A stretch of 64,000 nucleotides of DNA, taken from NCBI GenBank assembly GCA_038207725.1, contig JBBQZN010000006.1, forward strand, positions 4,824 through 68,823, read 5' to 3'. The translations under genes and the position numbers were made by a program. The stretch comes from Bacteroidales bacterium (GTDB taxonomy: Bacteria > Bacteroidota > Bacteroidia > Bacteroidales > VadinHA17). This document shows positions 19,514-29,822 of this stretch, piece by piece (positions within the stretch are counted from its first letter, which is position 1; each line of letters starts with the position of its first letter). The notes beneath the pieces were generated by a model. That model made no database searches. It worked only from the letters and a program-made list of their open reading frames with translations, and was not told the origin of the DNA.

Positions 19514-20847
19514 AGATCCTTTAGAAGGATATTGGAATCAGACTTGTAGATAAGTTTATCAAACTTATCGAGCATCTGAATTACTTTGTCATAATCTTTA
19601 TTTTTGGAAACCATAATCTGCGAAACTCCGATTTTATCAAGTTTTGTAAGAACGTAGCTCACAGAAATTTTATTGATGTCCAGTGCAGGTTGAAAGAGCC
19701 TTTCTGTCTGGCTGTTTTCATGAACAACCGATATGAGATTAGCTGCTGCCAGATCCTGAATAATGTCACGCACAAGCCTGACAGGAATCTTTAATTTTAA
19801 GGCAATATTCTCAGTGCTTATTGGTTTTTCGCCAACTGAAAAATTTCTGATTATCATATGAAGTATCATAAGAACAAGTGCCCTCTTCTGATAATTACTT
19901 ATATTAAGTGCCTCCGATTCAAATTCGTATCTTGAAACATTCTGATTGGCAAATGATAATTCGGCGCCCAGAAGGACAATTATCCAACTGCTCTGCAGCC
20001 ATAAAATAAACAAAGGAACGGCAGCGAAACTGCCATAAATAGCGCTTAGTTTCGAAATTCCGAACTGAAGGTCGATATATAGCCATTGCAGAACCTGTAA
20101 AAAAGTACCGGCTATTATGCCCGATATCAATGCCGGTCCGAACTTAACCTTTGTATTAGGCATTATTATAAAGAGGACTGTAAGTGTAATCCAGCTTATG
20201 AAATATGGAGCAAATCGCAGCAGAAAGCTAATCACTGGCTTAAAGAAGTCAAGAATTGGCGCACTGGTCATGTAATCAGTAAGTTCAGTGCTGACAAAAA
20301 CCGTTATACTGCTTGAAAGAATTATGAATACCGGTGAAATAAGCATGATAGTCAGGTAGTCAGTAAACTTTCTGTACCAGGGTCTTGAAGTTCTAATCTG
20401 CCATATATGGTTGAAGGAGCTTTCAATATGCTCAAGCAACGACATTACTGAGTAGAAGAGGACAATAACTCCTACCCCGGCAATATAACCGCCTCTGGTT
20501 TCCTGAATTGCATTTCGGGCATTAGAAAGAAGAAAATTCATAATTTCCTGACTGGACTGGAATTTTTCGGTAATAAGTTGTTCAAGATTCTGATCAAGCC
20601 CAAATCCTTTTGCAATTGCAAAGGCGATTGCGGCGACAGGTATAACAGAAAGGAGTGAATAGAATGTTAATGCCGACGCTCTGAGCTGTACTTTATCATT
20701 TGAGAAACCTCTTATGGCCAGCACCACTATCCTTAACTGCTTAACAAGAAAGGTTTTACCTTTTGAAATTTCTGACAGAGGTGTATTCCAGATAGCGTCA
20801 TTAACTTTCTTAAACAACTGGATTGCCCAAGGAACAGGATTTGTCAT
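19510..20847 (-). CDS. YihY/BrkB-family inner-membrane protein with C-terminal extension
   Basis: LRASALTFYSLLSVIPVAAIAFAIAKGFG is typical of the YihY family, and there are six TM helices. Its stop overlaps the bioG stop by 4 nt, with the two genes convergent. Confidence 0.82.
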   Translation of the reverse strand: MTNPVPWAIQLFKKVNDAIWNTPLSEISKGKTFLVKQLRIVVLAIRGFSNDKVQLRASALTFYSLLSVIPVAAIAFAIAKGFGLDQNLEQLITEKFQSSQEIMNFLLSNARNAIQETRGGYIAGVGVIVLFYSVMSLLEHIESSFNHIWQIRTSRPWYRKFTDYLTIMLISPVFIILSSSITVFVSTELTDYMTSAPILDFFKPVISFLLRFAPYFISWITLTVLFIIMPNTKVKFGPALISGIIAGTFLQVLQWLYIDLQFGISKLSAIYGSFAAVPLFILWLQSSWIIVLLGAELSFANQNVSRYEFESEALNISNYQKRALVLMILHMIIRNFSVGEKPISTENIALKLKIPVRLVRDIIQDLAAANLISVVHENSQTERLFQPALDINKISVSYVLTKLDKIGVSQIMVSKNKDYDKVIQMLDKFDKLIYKSDSNILLKDL

Positions 20848-20976
20848 AATGAATTATTACTTTAAATGTCAGTAAGATATATGCTTTTAACTCAAAGATC
20901 AAATATACAAATTACCTGGGGGTGAAGAAAATAAATTGATCAAAAATAATTAACTTCACTTATTAAACAGCAGGGA

Positions 20977-21669
20977 ATGAAAATTGATATTCTGCAATTT
21001 GTTGAAGGAGCCAGGAAAGCACAGGGATTTGTTGTAATAATCGATGTTTTCAGGGCATTTTCAGTGGCCTGTTATGCGATAGATTCCGGGGTAACAAGAA
21101 TAATTGCAACTGACACGCCTGAAAAAGCATTTGAATTAAAGACAAAGTACAGAAATTCAGTTCTCGCAGGCGAAAGAGATGAGAAAAAGATTCCGGGGTT
21201 TGACTTTGGAAACAGTCCTACTGAGATCATTAAATGTGACCTTACCGGTAAAACTTTCATTCACACCACTACTGCGGGTACGAGAGGATTGGTAAATGCA
21301 GTAAATGCTGATTTGCTGATAACCGGAAGTCTGGTAAACGCTGATGCAATAGTGAAGTATATCAGAAGCGTAAATCCTGATCAGGTATCACTTGTAGCTA
21401 TGGGTTACAGGGCAACTATCAGTGCAGAAGAAGATCTGTTGTGTGCTGAAATAATTAAAGCCAGGTTGATTCAGCAGGAATTCAGGGAGGAAGAAAGAAT
21501 ATCAGAATTAAGGCATAGTTCAGGTAAACGTTTTTTTAATCCTGGAAATATCGATTTTTCACCTCCTACCGATTTTTTTCTGTGCACCATGTCCGACCGA
21601 TTTAACTTTGTTCTTAAAGCAATTTGCAGGCCAGACGGAAATATTGATCTTATGAGGCTGGATATGTGA
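20977..21669 (+). CDS. comB: 2-phosphosulfolactate phosphatase (ComB) family protein
   Basis: The motifs IDVFRAFS, GERD..KIPGFDFGNSP and TTAGT are characteristic of the ComB family. Confidence 0.75.
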   Translation: MKIDILQFVEGARKAQGFVVIIDVFRAFSVACYAIDSGVTRIIATDTPEKAFELKTKYRNSVLAGERDEKKIPGFDFGNSPTEIIKCDLTGKTFIHTTTAGTRGLVNAVNADLLITGSLVNADAIVKYIRSVNPDQVSLVAMGYRATISAEEDLLCAEIIKARLIQQEFREEERISELRHSSGKRFFNPGNIDFSPPTDFFLCTMSDRFNFVLKAICRPDGNIDLMRLDM

Positions 21670-21745
21670 TATGTACGGCAAATTAAAATTTAAGATTACG
21701 CTATGCGAATAAAAATATAATAACATATCTTAAACTCTCTTCGCA

Positions 21746-22687
21746 TTAAAATAAAAAGACAGGAAGTACATTCCTTCGTTTGTGAATTGCCCGGTAAGTA
21801 CAGAACATAGATATCTTATAAAATTCAAATAGTTTCATTGAGATCTTATTCGAATCAAGCCTGATTTCCATTCTTTCCCGGTAACGGATAAATATACCTG
21901 CAAGAATCATTGTCAGTTTGAGTAATCTTAATTTATCATATAATCTTAGCATTCTCACAGTCTCAGAAAATGCTCTTTTATCAGTAACGCTATCATAAAG
22001 CATACTGAGATTTTCAATGCCCAGTTTCGTTTTTGCAAGAAAGTCCTTGTTAGTCTCCAGTCCCTCGTGCATGAGACCATTATCTATATGTAAAACTTTT
22101 ATCCCGGCTTTTTTTAGCTGATAGCCCATAAGAGTATCCTCATGACCATATTGTTTAAGCTCTTCGTTAAACCGAAGTTTTGCAAATACATTTTTGCTTA
22201 TCAGAACGTTGAAAGTAGAAAAGCTTGCATGAGGATGTTTATTTTTTTCAACGGGTTTTATCTGTTCCTTACTCTTTCCATATTTCCATCTAAGAAGCTT
22301 ATCAGGATCTCCGGGAGGAGAATCATGGTATAGTACACCTCCGCAAATGACTTCTGACTGATTAATATAAGGAAGCCATTTCGATATATAAGCTTCGGCT
22401 GTACCCGGAACCATAGTATCAGCATCGATAAAAAGAAAAAAATCTCCTTTTGCTTCAAGTGCAAGCCTGTTTCTAATGGCAGCACGCCCAATATTCTTCT
22501 CTGATGATATAACCCTTACTCCTTCCTCAACCAGTGAATTGTACTTTTCCCTGAAATCAGCTGATGATCCGTCATCACCAATAAGAATTTCAAGAAATTC
22601 CGGCACTTTGCCAAAAGCATTTTTCATACTATGAACCAATGCTATAATATCATAGTCAAATACTGGAATCAGTAAAGATATCTTCAT
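21746..22687 (-). CDS. family-2 glycosyltransferase
   Basis: The N-terminal LIPVFDYD, DDGSSAD and FIDAD (DxD) motifs indicate a GT-A fold. Confidence 0.8.
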   Translation of the reverse strand: MKISLLIPVFDYDIIALVHSMKNAFGKVPEFLEILIGDDGSSADFREKYNSLVEEGVRVISSEKNIGRAAIRNRLALEAKGDFFLFIDADTMVPGTAEAYISKWLPYINQSEVICGGVLYHDSPPGDPDKLLRWKYGKSKEQIKPVEKNKHPHASFSTFNVLISKNVFAKLRFNEELKQYGHEDTLMGYQLKKAGIKVLHIDNGLMHEGLETNKDFLAKTKLGIENLSMLYDSVTDKRAFSETVRMLRLYDKLRLLKLTMILAGIFIRYRERMEIRLDSNKISMKLFEFYKISMFCTYRAIHKRRNVLPVFLF

Positions 22688-22711
22688 CTTTCCCCTTTAA
22701 GGTTAATATAT

Positions 22712-22719
22712 CAAATGTA
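22712..22719 (-). promoter_or_regulatory. -7 promoter box (TACATTTG) for the GT2 gene
   Basis: Matches TAnnTTTG and lies 25 nt upstream of the ATG. Confidence 0.4.
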
Positions 22720-22772
22720 CAATTTTTTAATAATATTTTCCGAACAAACTTTGGCAAAGAAATTGCATTGGT

Positions 22773-22780
22773 TATTTTTG
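22773..22780 (+). promoter_or_regulatory. -7 promoter box (TATTTTTG) for the TlpA-like gene
   Basis: Matches TAnnTTTG and lies 29 nt upstream of the ATG at 22809. Confidence 0.4.
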
Positions 22781-22808
22781 TATTTGTAGTCAATAATCTG
22801 ATTTTTAA

Positions 22809-24227
22809 ATGAAAAAGTTATTCATTGCTGCTATAATATCCTCAATTTCTCTTTTCATTTCAGGCCAGACTAAATCCGGTTTTGAACTTGACATCATGAT
22901 AAATGGATTACGCGATTCAACTGTTTATCTCGCATACCATCTTGGAGATAAGCAGTATATAAAGGATACTCTTAAACTTGACAATACCGGCCATGGAATA
23001 CTGCATGGAAAAGAGTCACTTCCGCAGGGTATATATATGGTTGTTCTGCCGGGCAGAAACTATTTTGAAATTCTTATGTCAGACGACCAGATTTTTGGAA
23101 TCACCTGTTCCTTTACTGACTACTTTAATACCTTGAAATTCAGTGGATCTGCCGAAAACACCGCCTTTATTGAATACCAGAAAAAATGGATCTCCCTCCA
23201 AAAAGCGTCCGGAGCATTATCAACAAGGCTTCAGAACAACAAGCAAAACAGTGATTCAAGCAGAATCCTTGCTGACATTCAGAAAAAGCAGGAGGCGAAT
23301 ATGAAGCAGTATCTAAAAAATGTTGCTTCAGAAAACAACGGGAACCTTCTTTCAGTTCTTGTAAAAGCAATGCTTCCGATTGAGATTCCTGAATATGTTG
23401 TTCCTTCGGTGGTTGCAAATCGCGATTCAGCCAGGTGGATATGGAATTATAACTATAATAAAAACCATTTTTTTGATAATATTGATCTTACTGACGAAAG
23501 GCTGCTCCGTACACCAATTTTGCAGGCAAGGCTGATTGCCTTCTTCTCAAATGTATTAATCCAGTCGCCTGATTCAATTAATAAAGAGATAGATAAAATA
23601 ATTAAAAAATGTCAGCCTGATTATAATGTATTCCAGTTTATTTCAGTCTTCCTGTTTAACCATTTCAGGGAGAGTGAGATAATGGGACATGATGCTGTTA
23701 TGGTAAAGATTGCTGATGATATATATCTGTCAGGCAAGGCTGATTGGGTCTCTAAAGAATTCAAGGAAGATCTCAGAAAACAGGTTGACCTCATCAGACC
23801 GAACCTTATTGGCAAAAAGGCAGAGAATCTCATAATGGATTCTTATAAGGGCATTTTTGTTTCACTTGATGACATTGAAAAGGATTTTACTGTACTAATA
23901 TTCTGGGAGCCGGATTGCGGACATTGCAAAGAGGCTCTGCCAAAACTTAAAACTTTTTATGAGAAAGCAAGGAATGAAAGTGTTGAGGTCTTTGCAATTT
24001 GTACTACATCTGATAAGGATAAATGGTCAAAGTATATTGAGGAGAATAAATTAACCTGGATAAACGGCTGGGATCCTCAAAGAAAATCGCATTTCGACTA
24101 CTATTATAATGTACAGTCAACACCGCTGATATATATACTCGACAAAAACAAAAAGATTATTGCGAAAAAAATTGGAGTAGAGGATCTGGCTCCATTTATT
24201 GATAACTACCGGAAGTACTTCAAATAA
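22809..24227 (+). CDS. secreted thiol:disulfide oxidoreductase (TlpA/redoxin-like C-domain)
   Basis: Signal peptide and a C-terminal thioredoxin fold with FWEPDCGHCK (CxxC). Confidence 0.8.
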   Translation: MKKLFIAAIISSISLFISGQTKSGFELDIMINGLRDSTVYLAYHLGDKQYIKDTLKLDNTGHGILHGKESLPQGIYMVVLPGRNYFEILMSDDQIFGITCSFTDYFNTLKFSGSAENTAFIEYQKKWISLQKASGALSTRLQNNKQNSDSSRILADIQKKQEANMKQYLKNVASENNGNLLSVLVKAMLPIEIPEYVVPSVVANRDSARWIWNYNYNKNHFFDNIDLTDERLLRTPILQARLIAFFSNVLIQSPDSINKEIDKIIKKCQPDYNVFQFISVFLFNHFRESEIMGHDAVMVKIADDIYLSGKADWVSKEFKEDLRKQVDLIRPNLIGKKAENLIMDSYKGIFVSLDDIEKDFTVLIFWEPDCGHCKEALPKLKTFYEKARNESVEVFAICTTSDKDKWSKYIEENKLTWINGWDPQRKSHFDYYYNVQSTPLIYILDKNKKIIAKKIGVEDLAPFIDNYRKYFK

Positions 24228-24236
24228 ATTATAAAT

Positions 24237-25241
24237 CTATTCTGAAAGATAATTTACCAGATCGTAAGCAGTATTGAAACTGACTATACTTTCATTATTA
24301 ATAAGAAGATAATCATCATTTTCATCAGCCGGCACAGAAATGTAGGGATCAGTTCTTATAGCTGATGGCAGGAATCCTGCCCTGCTTATTGCCTTTTCTA
24401 TCCAGTATTTACGGCTTCCCTCCCCTTTTACATAAATTGTACCCCTCTCCTCTTTTCTGAATGTAAAAGTTCCATTTACTGAATTGAACTGTACAGCTGA
24501 GAAATTAAACAATTTATCAAATACACCTTTAATCATAAGGTCTTCAGGAGCTCCTTCAAACAGCGTATCATCGAGCACCAGCCATATTTTATCTGCCTGC
24601 GTGGTTGCGCTCTGCAGGTCATGCGTAGAGAAAATAATTGATTTACCGCTTTTTCTTGAAATATCGTGCATGAGATGGAGTATCTCATATCGGCCGCTGA
24701 CATCAAGAAATGCTGTTGGTTCATCCATTATCATAATACCTGTATCCTGGGCAAGAATTCTGGCTATCATCGCCCGCTGACGCTCGCCGTCTGAAAGCTC
24801 AGATATAAGCCGGTTAGCAAATTCACCGATAGAACACTTTTCAAGGGCATCAACAATAACCTCATGGTTTTCCGGGTCAATTTTACCCATCCAGTTAGTA
24901 TATGGATACCTGCCGAGAGCAACAAGTTCATATACTGTCATATTACCGGGTTTCACAACTTCTGTGGATATATATGAGATATTCCTGGCAAGCTCTTGTC
25001 TTGAATAATCCGTGATTTTTCTGCTTCCATATAAGATTTCTCCACCCAAAGGCTTCTGCAAACCGGCAATAGTTCTTAACAAAGTACTCTTGCCTATTCC
25101 ATTTCTTCCAATTACAGCAATCAGTTCTCCTTTGCCGGCACTGGCTGTGAGTGGCGGCAAAATTGATTTTTCTCTTCTGCCGGCAGTATAGCCAATCAGT
25201 ACCGATTCTAAAGATAATATTTTGGTTGTCAGATAATTCAT
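24237..25241 (-). CDS. ABC transporter ATP-binding protein (iron-siderophore/cobalamin type) with C-terminal extension
   Basis: Walker A GRNGIGKST, signature LSDGERQR and Walker B IMIMDEP. Its start overlaps the permease stop. Confidence 0.9.
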   Translation of the reverse strand: MNYLTTKILSLESVLIGYTAGRREKSILPPLTASAGKGELIAVIGRNGIGKSTLLRTIAGLQKPLGGEILYGSRKITDYSRQELARNISYISTEVVKPGNMTVYELVALGRYPYTNWMGKIDPENHEVIVDALEKCSIGEFANRLISELSDGERQRAMIARILAQDTGIMIMDEPTAFLDVSGRYEILHLMHDISRKSGKSIIFSTHDLQSATTQADKIWLVLDDTLFEGAPEDLMIKGVFDKLFNFSAVQFNSVNGTFTFRKEERGTIYVKGEGSRKYWIEKAISRAGFLPSAIRTDPYISVPADENDDYLLINNESIVSFNTAYDLVNYLSE

Positions 25242-26305
25242 CAGAATATTCCTGAGTATTTCCTGTTTTTCAAAAGAATCCAGATTACGATTGGAATTCC
25301 TATCAGTGATGTCACTGAATTTAATGGTAAAACTTTATCTGAGCCGGGAAGTTGAGAAATAATATCACTCACAAGCATAACGGCAGCACCGGTGAGCAAT
25401 GTTCCGGGCAATAAAACTTTATGATCAGATGTTTTAAAAAGCATTCTTGTGAGATGAGGAACTGCAACACCGATAAAGCCAATTGGACCGCAAAATGCAG
25501 TTACAGTTCCTGCCATTATACTTGTTCCGGCAAAGATCAGTGTTCGTGATAATCTGACATTCATCCCTATTGTCCTGGCATAGTTTTCTCCAAGAAGCAT
25601 GGCATTAAGCATTTTTGCAGAAAGAAAACTAAGAAACACGCCGGCGGTAACAGAAATAGCAAGCACCTTCAGCTGTCCCTCAGTTAGGTTTCCAAGAGAT
25701 CCCATTGTCCAGATAACATAAGATTTAAGCATTGTTTCATTGCTGAAATACTGCATTATAGTGACTATTGCCGAAATGCCTCCGGAAAGCATGATACCAA
25801 GTATAAGAATTGTTAATATGTCTTTCACTCTCGCAGATATTATCATTATCAGAATCATTACTGATCCGGCTCCGGCCCATGCTGCGAAAACAAGTAGCCA
25901 GTTACCGATTCCTGCGATACTTTCAATTGATATTCCTGCTGAGAACCCGAGAATTATGAAAGCAACGCCAAGACTTGCTCCTGAACTTATTCCAAGTAGA
26001 TCAGGCCCTGCCATAGGATTCCTGAATACAGTCTGCATCTGCAATCCGCTTATTGAAAGTGCTATTCCCACAAAAAGTGCAGTCACTGCCTTTGGAATTC
26101 TGAATTTGAATATGATTGTATCGTTAAGCGGATTACTGCCGGAAAAAAGAGATTTAAAAACATCTGATGCACTTATATTGGCCGACCCAAGAAAGATATC
26201 AAGCAAGAAGAGAAGCAGCAAAGAGATAAGCAGACCGAAATAAATAGTATTCCGGTATCCTGTTGAAACCTCTGTGTATGCCGTATCTTTCATTCTTAAT
26301 GCCAT
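25241..26305 (-). CDS. FecCD/BtuC-family ABC permease
   Basis: About 9 TM helices of typical FecCD type (GPIGFIGVAVPHLTR). The first ATG is at 26305, since the track start at 26308 is TTG. Confidence 0.9.
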   Translation of the reverse strand: MALRMKDTAYTEVSTGYRNTIYFGLLISLLLLFLLDIFLGSANISASDVFKSLFSGSNPLNDTIIFKFRIPKAVTALFVGIALSISGLQMQTVFRNPMAGPDLLGISSGASLGVAFIILGFSAGISIESIAGIGNWLLVFAAWAGAGSVMILIMIISARVKDILTILILGIMLSGGISAIVTIMQYFSNETMLKSYVIWTMGSLGNLTEGQLKVLAISVTAGVFLSFLSAKMLNAMLLGENYARTIGMNVRLSRTLIFAGTSIMAGTVTAFCGPIGFIGVAVPHLTRMLFKTSDHKVLLPGTLLTGAAVMLVSDIISQLPGSDKVLPLNSVTSLIGIPIVIWILLKNRKYSGIF

Positions 26306-26319
26306 CAATATGAAATGGA

Positions 26320-27471
26320 TTACCTGATTTTATTATAGAAAACCAACTCATCTTTACCAAATATTCCGGGATGGAATATAGAGGCCATATCTTTTATTAT
26401 CAGATGCGGATGAAGCATGCCTGTTTCCCAATAGTCATTCGCTTCCATATTTTTCACTGATCTGTTATTGTTATAAAGATTGCCATTTTTGTAGCATGGC
26501 AGTTCTGTTAACCTTGCATCGGCAATGGTGATTTCGCTTTTCGTTTTTACAGTTCCTATATTAAGCCAGAAATCTGCATTAATGGCCCTGAAAAATACAT
26601 TTTCGAGACCCATTGGCATAGAAACAGATGAAGTTTTATCTGACCATAAATATGATCCGCCAGCATCGTCGATAAGTCGCGACATATATGAATTACCCGG
26701 AGAAATATACCAGGTATCTCTGAATGGAAGCCCTGTCAAGACTTTTGGTTTAATATCTGACTTTGATTTTATGAGTGACTTAAGTATATTATATTCAATA
26801 ACTTCTGTATTATAAATCGAATCTGCCATATTTGCTTTGTTGTATAAAGCTCCAAAAAACTTAATCCATTCAGTTCTGGCAAGAGGGTCATTCTCGAGGT
26901 AATCAGCATTAAACATTACCTTTAAGCCTAATTCCTTCATTTTGTTTATATAACCTTCTGATTCACTTCCGATACCATACATCATTATGAGATCAGGATT
27001 TAAATTCAATATAAGTTCCATGTTGAGGTTTGCATCATACCCTACCTCCTCAATCATCCCATTTGAGATAAGATTTTTAAACTTTTCATCGAATATGAGA
27101 TTGCCTCCTGAGATTCCACAGACAGACTTCTCCTCCCCAAGAGCAGATATCATTGCTGCATGTGACGTGGCCATGCAAATTATTCGTTTCACCGGGACAA
27201 AGATTACTGTTGATGAATCAAGCCCTGCCGGTATTTTATCACCACGGTTAATGAGAATGTACTTTTGATTCACATTTATGGCACCCTGCCATGGATTTAT
27301 TACAGTAACTTCAGTATTACTGCCCTTATTCTTTATGCTGAATCTTTCAGCTCTTTCTATACTGTTATTAATGCTTGTATTGCCTTGGTCAGAATAATTC
27401 TCTTTTCTGCTACTGCAGGAACACAGCATTATTAAATAAAACAGTGACAGAAAAATATGTCTTACCTGCAT
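26320..27471 (-). CDS. periplasmic-binding-protein (BtuF/FhuD-like) lipoprotein
   Basis: Lipobox LMLCSCS, class III substrate-binding-protein features, and operon context. Confidence 0.82.
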   Translation of the reverse strand: MQVRHIFLSLFYLIMLCSCSSRKENYSDQGNTSINNSIERAERFSIKNKGSNTEVTVINPWQGAINVNQKYILINRGDKIPAGLDSSTVIFVPVKRIICMATSHAAMISALGEEKSVCGISGGNLIFDEKFKNLISNGMIEEVGYDANLNMELILNLNPDLIMMYGIGSESEGYINKMKELGLKVMFNADYLENDPLARTEWIKFFGALYNKANMADSIYNTEVIEYNILKSLIKSKSDIKPKVLTGLPFRDTWYISPGNSYMSRLIDDAGGSYLWSDKTSSVSMPMGLENVFFRAINADFWLNIGTVKTKSEITIADARLTELPCYKNGNLYNNNRSVKNMEANDYWETGMLHPHLIIKDMASIFHPGIFGKDELVFYNKIR

Positions 27472-27474
27472 AAG

Positions 27475-29391
27475 CTATTTCTTAAAATGACATGAAAGAA
27501 TAAGAAAATATGTTCGTCCGGGTTGAGGATAATAAGCAATTGTCTCATAAGATTTATCAAGAATATTATCAATCCTGAACCGGAGATCACAATAATTCTC
27601 GCTGAATTCAAATTTCACACCACTTGTAAGGTTATTAATTGTATACCGGGGTAGAGATGCTGAATTATCAGCATTAGTATAAGTAAGTCCTGTAAAATGT
27701 GTTCCCCATGATGTGTAAAAATTGTTATAAGAAAGCAGAAGTGAGCCCATCGCCTGATTCCGTGGAACATATACCAGTTGCTTTCCTGTATTTACATTTT
27801 GACTGTTACCTGTTGATCTGGCTAGAGTATAGGAATATCCTGCATTAAGGTTCACAGATACCCTGTTCAATAGATATTTTACTAATAATGAAGATTCGAG
27901 ACCTGATGAGTTTACTTCCCCAATGTTGTCGGCGACCCAAAACCAGGAATCGCCCGGACGCCATTGTATCATATCTCTGATGAAATTGTTGAAATAATTT
28001 ATTTCAGAATTCATAGTTACTGTTTCAGATATTTTCTGATCAAGTTTGTATCCTGCTTCAAATGAATAGGCATATTCGTTTTTTAGATATGAGTTTCCTC
28101 CCGGATTCCAGTAACGATCATTAAGTGAAGGTATTTTTGAGTTTCTTGAAAGATTAAATTTCAGAAAATGCTCCTCTCCTTTTAATACTCTAAACTCCAA
28201 TCCTGCTGAAAAATCGGGTATCAGAAATTGTTTCTCATCAATAGTCTCTCTAAGCAGAACTACGGCTCCCAATCGTCTTCCTTTTTTTCTTTCAGCCGAT
28301 AGTGTCAATGAGGTATTATTTCGTTTAATACTCTCAACGTAATTATTGGTTTCAACCGAATTCAACTCATTGCTTAATATGATTTTCAGACGCGAGTATT
28401 CACCCAATGGTGATGTCATGCCAGTTTTCAGAACCAGCGCATTAGATTTATTAGCAGAATTGATTGAATATAAAGTGCTTGAGTAGTCAAGATTTGACAG
28501 CATCCAGGCAGCAGTTGTAAAGAATTCATTTTTTCCTTTATCAAAATCGTATGAAAGGATGGTCCTGAATGATTCGTCAGATTGTTTCTCACCTGCGTAG
28601 CCATATTGGGTCGATCCGGGGAGGTCGCGTGTTGCAGACTGGTACCAGAATCTTGCTGAGAAAACATTTCCTGACTTTCTCAGGTACATATCCTGCATAA
28701 AGCCCTTTTGAAGGAGCTGATTATTCTCTCTGTCTTTCCACGAAGGTCCTGCAACATCTTCTTTATCAAGATAACGGAAGTCATTTCTGGATACATTGAG
28801 ATAGCCTTTAGTATTTGATTGAAACTGATCAGTTCCGGTAGTTACTTTAATTAATCCGCTTTTTTTTCCATAACTTCCTGTTCCGGCTACAAAATCAATA
28901 AGAGTTTGATTTTTCCAGTCTGCATTATTCTCAAGGTTTATAATCCCTCCGATAGCACCATTTCCAAGATCCATTGAAGCACCTCCAAAACTTACCATTA
29001 CATTATCGATTATGCCGGCAGGCAAAAGGGAAAAGTCTGATTGTCCCAGCATTGGATCGTTTATATTTATGCCATTCCAGGTAACCTGTGTATGTCCGGC
29101 AGAAGTGCCCCTGAAAGATGCTGTTGCAGTTCCTCCCGATCCATAGTTTTTTATATATAACGGAGTATTCTCACATAATACTTCTGAAATAGAATAAAGG
29201 TGATAGTTGCTTTTTACCAGGGAATCAATGCTATAGAATTTGAAGCCGGGTTGTTCTGAACTAATCTGCTTTCGTGTGATAACAACTTCCTTAATCTTAA
29301 GTGTGTCATTAATAAATGAATACTGAGCATTTAGTTCGATCGAAATTAAAACTGCAATGATGATGAGACTTGCTACTTTGACTGATTTCAT
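27475..29391 (-). CDS. TonB-dependent receptor (BtuB-like)
   Basis: Signal peptide, plug-domain motifs (RGTSAGHTQVTWNGININD), and a C-terminal barrel ending ...YFLILSCHFKK. A cobalamin riboswitch lies directly upstream. Confidence 0.88.
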   Translation of the reverse strand: MKSVKVASLIIIAVLISIELNAQYSFINDTLKIKEVVITRKQISSEQPGFKFYSIDSLVKSNYHLYSISEVLCENTPLYIKNYGSGGTATASFRGTSAGHTQVTWNGININDPMLGQSDFSLLPAGIIDNVMVSFGGASMDLGNGAIGGIINLENNADWKNQTLIDFVAGTGSYGKKSGLIKVTTGTDQFQSNTKGYLNVSRNDFRYLDKEDVAGPSWKDRENNQLLQKGFMQDMYLRKSGNVFSARFWYQSATRDLPGSTQYGYAGEKQSDESFRTILSYDFDKGKNEFFTTAAWMLSNLDYSSTLYSINSANKSNALVLKTGMTSPLGEYSRLKIILSNELNSVETNNYVESIKRNNTSLTLSAERKKGRRLGAVVLLRETIDEKQFLIPDFSAGLEFRVLKGEEHFLKFNLSRNSKIPSLNDRYWNPGGNSYLKNEYAYSFEAGYKLDQKISETVTMNSEINYFNNFIRDMIQWRPGDSWFWVADNIGEVNSSGLESSLLVKYLLNRVSVNLNAGYSYTLARSTGNSQNVNTGKQLVYVPRNQAMGSLLLSYNNFYTSWGTHFTGLTYTNADNSASLPRYTINNLTSGVKFEFSENYCDLRFRIDNILDKSYETIAYYPQPGRTYFLILSCHFKK

Positions 29392-29463
29392 GTTTAATTT
29401 TTACTTAGTTCTCCAATGCAAAATTTATCATTCTAAATGATTACCATTATCCTGAGCGCATGG

Positions 29464-29492
29464 AAAAAAAGTAAGGAATCAAAAATTGATCC
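29464..29492 (-). terminator. riboswitch expression-platform terminator
   Basis: On the minus strand, GGATCAA-TTT-TTGATTCC (one bulge) is followed by TTACTTTTTTT. It lies between the B12 box and the receptor ATG. Confidence 0.45.
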
Positions 29493-29525
29493 GTGCTTTT
29501 CTTCCCGAAAGCTTTGAATAACAGA

Positions 29526-29718
29526 GTTTTATGGCAGGTCTTCTGACTTATCCCGGTTTTATGAAGCCTTCCCATCCGCCAGCCGGCGGACAGTGGCAGG
29601 GTTTTCATAAAACCATCATCGTAAAAACGATCGGGCATCACAGCAGCGGGTACTGTTGCGGATTCAAACCGCATTCCCTTTTCATTGCAATGCAAAAATT
29701 TCATTGCAACACCAAAAC
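29526..29718 (-). promoter_or_regulatory. cobalamin (B12) riboswitch
   Basis: The minus strand reads ...AAAGGGAATGCGGTTTGAATCCGCAACAGTACCCGCTGCTGT...CCTGCCACTG...GATGGGAAGGC...AGTCAGAAGACCTGCC. These are the conserved GGTnnAATCC, CCCGCnnCTGT, GCCACTG and GGGAAGGC motifs and the B12 box (29533-29548). Confidence 0.88.
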
Positions 29719-29722
29719 ACTT

Positions 29723-29730
29723 CAAAGATA
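29723..29730 (-). promoter_or_regulatory. -7 promoter box (TATCTTTG) driving the riboswitch-btu operon
   Basis: Matches TAnnTTTG and lies immediately upstream of the predicted riboswitch 5' end. Confidence 0.45.
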
Positions 29731-29822
29731 TATTAAATATTAATGCACTGAAAAAAAAGATAAATACAGATATCAACACCTGTTGATAAGACTGTAATTA
29801 TTTATAATTCAGTACATGAACG

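Noticed and set aside
25740-26243. 167-aa antisense ORF inside the FecCD permease, and similar shadow ORFs (5134-5517, 5962-6327, 15231-15599, 15804-16109, 31108-31497, 36696-37034, 37631-37999, 38323-38778, 41487-41801, 45829-46119)
   Set aside because: Each lies fully within a longer, well-supported gene on the opposite strand. None has a recognisable domain or a start context.
29447-29779. ORF-track entries 29447-29779 (-) of 110 aa and 29531-29743 (+) of 70 aa, upstream of the TonB-dependent receptor
   Set aside because: Both lie on top of a cobalamin riboswitch with all conserved motifs, including the B12 box, and its terminator. They are open frames in a structured leader and are not genes.
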